Source: Lingula anatina (Eukaryota > Animalia > Brachiopoda). From it: a DNA stretch of 64,000 nt. The notes beneath the pieces were generated by a model. It had not been told where the DNA came from and did no database searches. It saw only the letters and a program-made list of their open reading frames with translations. Made by a program: the position numbers and the translations under genes. The DNA is taken from assembly GCA_051362555.1 (NCBI GenBank), contig CM120642.1:33294001-33358000 (forward strand). Direction: 5' to 3'. This document shows positions 54,201-64,000 of the stretch, piece after piece; position 1 is the stretch's first letter, and every line of letters begins with the position of its first letter.

Positions 54201-57200
54201 TACCATGTCGGCACTTAAACACACCTTTGCTTGGCGGAGATTTTAATCTTCGTGCCGGGTTACCACGAGAACACCTCCACTATTATTGGTGAAGGGAAAT
54301 GAGGGACAGGCTTGTATTTAGTTGTCATATGAGGCTGTCTGGGGCCAACTTCAGCTGTGGAATGGTATTTGGGCTGACCAAGGACATGTATAAGTTTTTG
54401 GGTTGACCAGATTTGTTATATTTTCCCGATTTTTCTTTCTGAAACAAAAACTGAATTTTTTTCTACCCCTACAAAGTTTATTGAAAGAAAACAATGTAGA
54501 TTGTCAAATTTATGAATAAAAATCATACTTTTATATGAAAAACTTATATTTTGCACTTGACTGAAGATATTGCCTTTCACGGTTATTCTTCTCAAAATTC
54601 TTGCACCTCATTCATTTTGTACATAATTTTTATAATGAATTATCTTTTCAATTCATAGATTCCATAGTTGATGAAACTTTTTAACCCTGTTTGCCCCCTC
54701 CTCTTCCCCCTCCTCTTCCCCCTCCCCCCCCCCCCCCCAAAAAAAAAAAATCCTTTAAGGAAGCATGTAATATATGTATGTAAAATGTTTGTTCTTTTTC
54801 ATTGTTCAAAAAAAATTGTATCTGATATGAAGCAGCTTGCTAAATTTTAGTGAGAGAAAATGATAAACTGAACAAAATTTCAGCATAATTCCACTGCTGA
54901 ATTTTGGGCATAAAAAATGGTAAAATAGAAGAAGGAAACTTGTACAATCTTTATGAAATTTTAGATATTTTAAAAAGAAAAATAACAAAGTGAAATAAAA
55001 TAACCAAACAAGCATTACATTTTTTAATAAAAATGAGTCCAAGGCCAGTTGCTGCCTGAGAGATTGGTGAAGGTGTCATTCTCACATAGATTACATCTGA
55101 CCATGCTAACACATTACTTCCCCTGTAAGTACTATGATTAGGGTCAGGTTGATGGACTAATACTAGCCCTGGACTGAGGAGGGGAGAGATAAAATCAGCG
55201 TAGTCTCCATGACATCTTTACAATATATGTAGTAATCATAGTAGTAGACTGAATTATAGGATCAGCTTCCTTTACAAATATTCTTACTGTAATTTCTCAT
55301 AATACTACATTGTTGTTTTTTCCTGTTATTATCATTCATAGGTGATGTTCCTTCATTATTTTTTGTTGTGTGTAAATTTGATGATTGTTTTCTTTAGAAA
55401 TATCTTCTTGGATTCTTTCAACTATTTTGAAAATGAATATATTGTAATATATTTTCATTAGAAAACCAATGAAATTTTGATTTTTTAAATATTAAATAAG
55501 AATTTTCAAAATTGAGACACATCACTTCACATAAATGAAATCAATTTGTAGCATTAATTTTTGAACATCGAAATGCCCTCCAACAATTTTTAAATATTTT
55601 TTTTCTTTTTTTCTTCTCAGACAAACTTGAACTTGTTTAGTTTTCCCTAGGGAGGGGTAAGGGTGGCGTGTACCTGACATTTCAGGGGTAGAAAAGCAAC
55701 CTTTCATAATAAAAACATTCCTCTTCCACTAAATTAAACTTTGTTGCCTCACTGGAACACAAAGTCAATAATTACCATTACACTGTACACAATCAGTGTT
55801 ATTACTCAGTGAATGTAGTTGGAAACTTTTTCCACTCATCAAGTATTAGGTCATAACTGGTGTGACCTAGAAAAATGTAAATTTAAGCTCATTTTTTTCT
55901 CTTTGTGTATAGGTTATTTTGTCTTATGAAGCGATACATGTTATTAATAGTCATAAGTGTCTTACAAGAGCGTAGCCTTTGACTTTCCTGACCTAATGAT
56001 AAGACCTCTTTCATCTATTTACCATGTAGAATGTTTCAAGATTTAAACAAAGTTCACCTTCAGTAAGTACACTTGAATTGTTATTTATGACTGCCCTTGT
56101 TCTCAGCTTCTTACACATGCCACCTCCTGTATTTACTCAACTTGCTCATATTTGAAAACTACAGGTGCCCTTTTCAAACCCATTAATTGAGCTCATGTTA
56201 GTTTTGAACTCCAGTTTATTTTGTATTTGAAAAATGTATTTATTTTACTTTTTTGCAGGTTTATTTATTATTTTATATCGAAACATTTACATTTGATCAA
56301 AATTGCAAAGTAAAAAAATGCACCTGGAAGTCAAAGTAAAATTAAGAAGTTGGATGCACTGGAAGTAATCATCATCAAAGCAAAAAATATCAAAGTGATA
56401 ACAGTCATTAGCTGTGAAAAGTGTTAAAAGGATTTTTTTCGCACATTTTGAAATGCTGGTTCTTATGAGAATGACACTGTTTCAAAACAGACGTGTTTTG
56501 GGAATAAATAGGAGAAGAGCGATCTTTTCATCACACTTTGTATGCATATGTTTAGAGAACCGATATCTTTACAGTCGTTAATTTATATATCCATAGTTAG
56601 GAACATTCTTAAGTGTGTGGGAATGTTTTGCGAACAAGAGTAACTGTCTCAATATCTGGGATAATATTTACTGGGCAGCATTCCAGCTTCCAGAACTTTT
56701 GTTCCCGTACCAAAACACTGCCATCCCATCTTACAAGTAGAAGCCACTACCAACACAAATGCTTTCATAAATTCCGCATTGCTTTCCCTGTCCCCTTATT
56801 AAGAAGGTAATAGAAATCGGTGTGCTGTCATAGACCTCGTATATAAATATCCCTACTTAGAACGGAAAATGTTAAACAGGATCGCCTTCTTAGTTGTGTA
56901 ATGATTATATTGTAAGGGAACACTATTTATACAAATGCTGCAGTTTACAGGTAGATTACGACCAGAGAACCCTGATTAGGAGATTTAGGCTATGTGAAAT
57001 GACCGGAGCTTACATGGTCAGTGTTTTGACAGTAAACTGCTGGACATAGTGGGCATACAGGCCAGGTGATTAAATATGTTGATATGGACCACCGAACTTC
57101 TGGGTGGGAAAAATGTCCACTTTCCTCCTCTGTGTGCTTTATTTATGCAGGTAGCACTCCTTTTTGGCCATCAATTTACTCAAAGTCTATTTTGGGGAAT

Positions 57201-58163
57201 TGTTCTAGTGTTGAGGACATAACCAAGGATACATTTTATCCCACTTGAAAACTTATTTCATGCTGAGATTCTGTTATAAAAAATAATAGAAAAAAATCAT
57301 AAAAAAGCAAAATGTCATGTTCTTTGACAAATCCGAGATTGACTAGTGCTGTATACTGGCCAGAAATTTTGATCAATGAAAAATTTAAAGATAATTTTTT
57401 AAAATCCAATTGTGAAAGAAGTCTCCTGTAGCATATTTACATTTAGTGAAGGCCCAAAACAACAAGTAACAAGTGTTCAAAGCAGTGTCAAGACTCACAA
57501 CTGATGGCCTTCCTCTTCTCTTAATTTACAAACCAGCTTGCTAAAATTCTCTGGTAAATGTGCATTTATGACTAATTTTTATTTAATTTCCAGCCGAGAG
57601 CTGCTCCAGACTCTTACTGATGCAGATCTTAGCAATGAAGCTTTTCCGTTCTCCACTAACAAGGTAATGTCATGATTATCAGTGTCAGTTATGGGAAACA
57701 TAATTTTCACAATGTGCAGACCTTTGCTAATATTAAGAGGAATTTGTTTTTAGCTCATGAGTTGCAATGATTAATAAAATGAAATTTAAGTATACTCAGT
57801 ACAAAAATGGTAAAAAAGAAAAATTGAGACCTAACTTTGATCAAACATCACATTAATTAACAATCGTTGTGAAAAAAATACAGTTTCTGTTAATGTTTAA
57901 CTTGGCAAAATTTACTGATTTTTCTTATTTCATCAAAAGTGACCATTTGCAAAATCTGAGATTTGTGTCCTTTCAGGTGGTCACTGTTGCTGGACATGAA
58001 GTGCGTGCGCTGCGTCTCTCCTTCGTAGGAGAGATGGGCTGGGAGTTGCACGTTCCCAACGTGTCGTGCCTTGCCGTGTACCATGCCGTGATGGATGCGG
58101 GTGCTAAGTATGGCATCACTAATGCTGGCTACAGAGCCATTGACTCACTAAGTCTAGAGAAAG
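41295..58163 (+). CDS. SARDH: Mitochondrial sarcosine dehydrogenase (FAD domain plus GcvT/folate domain); 3' exons lie beyond the window
   Basis: Arg-rich transit peptide [19 protein letters not shown]; [91 protein letters not shown]. Exons: 41295-41407, 41905-42089, 42609-42784, 43435-43614, 44092-44215, 44489-44694, 45022-45151, [45446-45544 or 45606-45704], 46637-46715, 46989-47130, 47461-47544, 48203-48316, 48884-49022, 49411-49521, 49905-50052, 57594-57663, 57977-58163. Confidence 0.95.
43235..43406. mobile_element. MITE family C copy
   Basis: TATTG duplicated at 43230-43234 and 43407-43411; the empty site is visible in the adjacent duplicate (agatattgactcag at ~43084). Confidence 0.88.
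43623..43797. mobile_element. MITE family B (PIF/Harbinger-like)
   Basis: TIR ggccccattcagaatagggga / tcccctattctgaatggggcc with a 3-bp AAT duplication (43620-43622 and 43798-43800). Confidence 0.88.
45446..45544 (+). CDS. SARDH: SARDH alternative exon 8a
   Basis: ttcag| ... |gtaagt, 99 nt, phase 1-1, [33 protein letters not shown]. Confidence 0.9.
45606..45704 (+). CDS. SARDH: SARDH alternative exon 8b
   Basis: ttcag| ... |gtgagt, 99 nt, phase 1-1, [33 protein letters not shown]. Confidence 0.85.
45726..45979. mobile_element. MITE-like family A copy just downstream of exon 8b
   Basis: gagttcccatacctagatcgatc ... gggtctgggaatggtccct; reverse-orientation match to 9832-10054. Confidence 0.7.
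47514..48010 (+). repeat. ~71-bp minisatellite (7 copies) containing the 3' end and donor site of SARDH exon 11
   Basis: Unit tgggtggtattccccccagggtcctgctaag|gtaatagtttatatacatatagat... repeated seven times. Confidence 0.95.
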
Positions 58164-58556
58164 GTAAGAAGACCCATTAGTATTGTCACTTAGCTCAGCA
58201 CAGAGACCATTCATCTCTGATTTATGTGCCATTGTTTTTCTGTTTGTACAGTGAAAGTTATTTCAAGGTTTGTGGGATTTTCTGTAAAAAAATTCTTTAT
58301 TGTGTAAATTTGGGTATGTCCTTGAAGCTGTGGTAAAAGTTGGGTTGATTAGAAAAAAAAGAAAGGTTGTTTGTTAGTCATAATAGCTTGATGGCCACAA
58401 TTGAATTTTAATGAATGTGTGACTTTTTTATGGTATAGGAATATTTCTCACACAGTCTGCACAGACTAGCTATATGGTGACAACACAATGCAAGCAAATA
58501 ACACTCTGTCCTCTCAGCAAAAATCTCTGGCCATTTTCATGCAAAATCTGCTTTTA

Positions 58557-58598
<42 letters not shown>

Positions 58599-61500
58599 AA
58601 ATTTAGCTTTAACTAAGACAAAACTTTACATCCACTTTCAACTTGAGACTTTTGTGATATTTATGCCAGAACTGGAGATCACTTATTAATTAGTAGTAGT
58701 CCAAGAACTAGTAGCTATTTTTTTTATAATTACCGTCCTTTTTTTGTTTTAGTTAAGTAGCCAATATTTTCATTGAGAAACCCTTATCTATCTTTGTTCA
58801 TATAAAACTAAAATATTTCCGTTAGAGGTCCAAATATTCAGGAACATGCTGCTAGTTCTTTATAGAGGTAGTCAGGATCACACAACAGCAGAAGAGCCTT
58901 TCAAAGAGAAAAAAATACAAAATTTAAGTTTTTTCCCTTCAGTAAATTGATGGGCAGTTATTGTTGGAGCTCTGTGAATCCACTAGTTTATGTGTGGAAA
59001 AATAAAATATGTGTAGTTTTCTGAATGCTTTCTTCTTGTCCTTGACTCTCTCTCCCAGAGTCTCACCATCTCAGAGTTAGTCACAGCTTAGTTGTGCGAC
59101 CATATTTTGCTTGTGTCACTTTGATGATGACAAAGCACGGGACCATTTGTTAGTCTCTCACCTTGGTTTGTAGATGATGTGAGTGGCAGAAATTACTTCC
59201 CTCTTTGCTGCTGTGGGCTGGGGGTCAAAGTGGTTGACAGTAATACTCATATTTAACCTCTGAATTGCTGTTTTTTTTTCCACTAATTTCTCCAAAAATT
59301 GCGATAAAGGGGAGTGGTTTTTAAGATCTTTTTGATTTTGTGATTGTTTCATTACGTTTTTTTTTTTTTTAAGATGCCAAAGCAAATAAAAGTATCAAAG
59401 TAGTTGACAGTAACAGCCAAATTTGACCCCCAAAATTGTCCTTTTCCTGTGTAACTTCTTGTGATATTTTCTCAAAAAAAAAATTTTTTTTTTTTTTTTT
59501 TTAGGGGGGGGGGGAATAATTAACAAACAGCACTTCTGTGATATTTTTTATTACATAATAAAATGACTGTCATTGCAGGCAAACAAAGTTCCCTTAACAA
59601 TGGTTTCAGTTATATCACCACATCTTAATCAAATTATTAACAGGAAAATTGAAAACCACCAGTTTTTCCAGCACTTTTTCTTCTTTGACTGATTTCTGGT
59701 TAGATCAGTAAACCCCAGTTCCGCATGAAGTAAACCCTGCTCCCCTCCAGGTATTTCATGGTTGTCAGGTTCTATGTGAAGACTTCCTGTGAGAGAGTGA
59801 GAGTGCATGTCTCAAGGCCATCTTCATGGCTCATTACACTGCACAGACATAAGTGAAACATTAGTGATGCCTTCATCTTTTCTTTTTTAAAAAATATTAT
59901 TTATTTATGTGTTTATTTGTTTATTTAATGCCTACAAATATTTCATGTAATTTTTCCTTTCAAGAACCACCTGTTTTTCTTTGTACAGAAATTAATGCAA
60001 TAATTACTATGAAATTGTATCTAATACTTATATACTTTCACAAAAAAAAAAAAAATAATAATAAATAAATAAATAGTAATAAAATAAATAAATGAATAAA
60101 TCATTACATTTGAAAAAAAATCAAGGCTTCACATCAACTAGCTTGACAAAATCATTCCTCTTACTTTAACTCAAAGGTCATTTCATTTTACTGAGACATC
60201 CTTAACTGTCAATCTATTCTCTTCCCACATAAATCTACTGTACATCGGGGCTAAGGAGAACAGAAAGCCCTACCTGAACATGATACTGTGGTGCATTACT
60301 CCATGCTGAGAGGAGAAAAGAAATAAGATGTGCTAATGAACAGGATGACTGCACTGCATAACTTAGTATTTTTTATTTATTTGTTTTTATAAAAATTCTT
60401 TTATATTTTCAAGAAAAATAGACAATTTCAGGGCTTTTTTTTTTCATTTACAAGATATAAAGGTAATAGACAAGATAAATTGGAGTTATAAAATCTCAGT
60501 TCTAAATCCCCCCCCCCCCCCCCCCCTCAATTACTGTGGGTGAAAACAACCAGGTACAAGTATAACGTGTGATGTGGTGTAAGGGGAGAAGACAAGAGAG
60601 ACGTCCTGATGTAGCAAAGAAAGAAGAGCACATTTAGTGGTTTACTGCAGGGAGAAAGTTGTGGTCTGAAAGGTGGAATTAAAAGCTGTGGTTACCAAAG
60701 TTTTCTGTTTGTGGCCTGCCTGAGGGGTAGAGGTGTCATGCTTGAAATATTGTAGCTGAAGAAAATATCATTTTATCAAGAAAAATTATCCTTCACTTAA
60801 CTTGGCTAAAAGTATATATTTAATGCTAGTTAAATTGAATATAAGCAGTCCTTTTTTTATGACATTAGAATTATTTTGATGAATGTGTCATACACAAAGG
60901 ATAACTGTTATCTCACCTGTTAATTCATAAACTTAGATGAGGTACATTTTGGGTAAAAATATTTAAATATAGTTGATTTAGATATAATAATAAAGGAGTG
61001 ATAATTTTGTTACTACTCTGATAAATAAATCATTATAATTCCTGACTACAGTAAAAGCCATAGCAGTGGGTATGCTCTCTGTGAGGACAGTTCCCACAGC
61101 CGTATGTGTAATATCAGCCGATATAAAAACAACAAGTCATTTGTCATGTGTCATTTCCCTTTGTCAGCTTATTCAGTGTGGGATAGTATTGTAATTATCA
61201 GATCAACTTCCGGGTTTAATGGGGAGGCCTGCTGATGGTGGGAATATTGCTCATATTTTGGCCATGCTAATTGATACATTACAGGGTGGGAAGTTAATTG
61301 GAGGTGTATTAAAAACCAAACAGGTGTGCTCTTGGACGATTTTTTTTTCCTTTATCCTGAAATTGAAAATTATTATTTGACAGTTATTTTATAATTTGAT
61401 AGTTATCTATTAAGAAATAAGCTCAAGTATGGTATAAATGTTTTTAAGAAAGAGGAATATCGTTGCATGTTCTTCTCACTTTACCGTGATATAATTTGAT

Positions 61501-63502
61501 GAACTTGAGCTGCCTGTCAATCACCTAAAGCACTGACGCCAGGAGACAGAGTAGTTTGTCAGGATGATTTGTAGGTGTGAGAAATAGACATGTTTCCTTT
61601 TGATGACCATTAACGTAATTGACAGGAGTAATTGGCCAGACTCTTATCACTCCTGAGTTGCAGTGGATTTCTTGGTCATAATCGACTATCAAGATTATGA
61701 TGATGATGATGTCTTCATGGAGTCAGAGAAGCTTCTGATAAATTTAATCTCCTAAGGACATGGCACTGTAGTTCAAGACTAGTTTTTGAGTATTTCTTTC
61801 TTGTTCATTTCACAATTTTATGCTATTATATTTTATTTTATTTAAATTTCTTTCAAAGTATCCCAGAAACCAAGACTAATATAAAGAAGCAAAAGTGCAC
61901 TTGATTTTTTTTAAATAAATAGCAAAGAATGTAATATTATGTAGTTATGAAAAATCAAGTCAGCAAATGTAATTTCCAAACTTAACCTCCTTAATATTTG
62001 ATGAATGGACAGATAAATCATTATTTGCCGCATTTGAATATTGAAACTGAATCACTAAATTAATACACGAAGAGCAATTTAGATAATGTTGAATGAAACA
62101 CATAAAGCTTGTTGTTAATGTCGTAGCCTGTCAGACCCCTCGTAATTAATGTATTAATGAAATACCATTTATTGGCCTGAGTCAAAGTGCTGTGCATATA
62201 GCAGCATGTATAGAATTGTCATTAAAATCCTCTGATTATCACTGGGAGTGTGGCTTATTCGAGGTGTCACATGGGAAAGCTGGAATTCTCGTAGCGTTGA
62301 GTGTGGGAGAGGCGGCCATTGCTGGGAAACAGGAAAGAGACGGCTGCTGCTACTTGTTGTGTATTTGATAGTTCTGTGTACAGTGTGCAGTGAATTGTGG
62401 ACAGTTGTTGCTATGCTTTTGTAAGTGGTCTCTGTGATTGCTGTTTTTAGTGAGTGTGTTGCCAAATAAAATGCTTGGTTATCTTGGAAATTGAAATGTG
62501 TCCATCTGTCTTTTTGTTCCTTGAATGCACTGATTTATCATTTTCATTACAAAAATCAGTTTGTGGTTTAAAGCCATTATTGTCATAAATTGATCTGTGT
62601 TGAGTATTCATGTCTAAGTTGGAAAAAAATACAATATGAAAATAATCTGAAGTTTTCACTTATAACAGTGTAATATGTTCAGAATCATTCAAACTGAAGA
62701 AAAAATTGAATAAAATGATACAAGTTGCAAGTTCTACATATGACCGTACAAGTTTGGACTACAGCTCAGTCCATTAAAGTCTTTGTCTGAACATGGCTGT
62801 GATGACAGTACAAGTTTGGACCATGGCTCAGTCTTTTGCAATCTTTGTCTGAACATTGCTGTGCCACGATTGCGAGCAGAATACCAACCAGTCCAATTGT
62901 CACGTGGGAAAGTCCCTCAGTTGACACTGTGGGAGAGTGTCTTGACAGCACTAGAATAATGTTATCATGGATTACCTGTAAACTCCTGTAGAATAGAAAC
63001 AAAGCATTCCTATGTGACGGAGAGCCCTAGTCTGTTTAAACTTTATACATAGACTTTGGTGGTCTTCTGTTTATCTGATATTGATATCTGGTGGCGTTGA
63101 AAACATTTATGTTTGAGATAAAAAAAATCTATTTCTCATTACCATTGTAGACAGAAGAGTCAGCTTTATTGTATATGTTTTCACATATTTGTAAGCCATT
63201 TATTGTTTGTCACTATCCAATCAAATATGCATGTCTGTTTAACTTATTTACTACAAAACTTAGTATTTTGAATGAAAAAAAAGGCCATCTTTGGTATATA
63301 GCCAAAGCAGTAGAGTGCAATGGAAGTGAAACTGTGCCTGGAGTAGAAGCAATGATGAAGTTGAGAAATAAGATTTTATTTGGTGAGACCAGAATAGAAT
63401 TGATTTTTCCAGGAAGTCATTACTTGTAGGGCATGGGAAAGTTTGGATTCATCAGTCAGAGGAAGCACACACTGGAATAATGCTTCAACATTGATGTGAG
63501 AA
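54165..63502. promoter_or_regulatory. Cluster of Su(H)/RBPJ (CSL) consensus sites in SARDH introns
   Basis: YGTGRGAA on either strand at 54165, 55079, 56616, 58445, 60222, 61091, 61576, 62903 and 63495. Confidence 0.5.
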
Positions 63503-64000
63503 TGTTAGATCTGTATTCTCAAGGGAACCGTGAATATTGTGGGAAATTAATGCCAAAATCTGTTTTTTCTCAGTATAACAGTTTATTCACATGTTCATTT
63601 TATGCAGTGCATATGCATATTTATATAGTGCCTTTGATATTTATGTACTTTTTATTTTTACTTGAAGTGCATCACTTTCCAAGACTTAAAAATGGCTCCA
63701 GATGTTAGTGTGGCAGACCTGTGACATACTGAAAATTGTCTGCATGATTATATTATGATATGAAAAGATTTTTTTTCTTGTTATGCTGTTAACATGTTTT
63801 ACCTGGTGGCGGGACGTGCCAAGGAAAAGGGAATTGAGATTTGTTTTGTTGATGCCTAAGTCTGACTAAACTTCTGATAAATTCAAATACTGCAAGTTGT
63901 ATGTGAAATTTTCATTTACAACAAATTATTCTGTTAATAGTTTGTCTGTAATTTTTGTCTGAGTAATTTTTGTCTGTAATTTTTTAGAGAAATTCTGAAA

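Noticed and set aside
41295-58163. DMGDH or PDPR call
   Set aside because: [24 protein letters not shown] and FNMSYFGK match SARDH rather than DMGDH (STWHAAG) as recalled.
62746-62865. Two-copy ~62-bp tandem repeat
   Set aside because: Ordinary diverged local duplication with no further structure.

Overview
AT-rich animal genomic DNA with spliceosomal introns; gene structures and repeats look invertebrate, possibly mollusc-like (inference). All exon coordinates were read by hand. From left to right: (1) 1-~9200 is a scrambled, partly tandem-duplicated cassette of short minus-strand ORFs (BACK-like, SGNH-like, membrane protein, zinc-knuckle fragments) resembling a decayed virus-like or large transposon element. 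(2) CHD1L/ALC1 (minus, 10740-26673, 25 coding exons) has a C-terminal BRCT extension, two U12-type introns (one AT-AC) and a satellite-carrying Helentron/HINE-like element in one intron. (3) An uncharacterised 3-exon HAD-family gene (minus) has tandem E-boxes and two CArG boxes upstream. (4) CENP-A (minus) lies head-to-head with (5) sarcosine dehydrogenase SARDH (plus, runs off the window). SARDH carries two tandem 99-nt, probably mutually exclusive exons in the flavin/substrate-binding region, and long late introns dense in Su(H)/RBPJ sites. Several MITE families are scattered through the introns.
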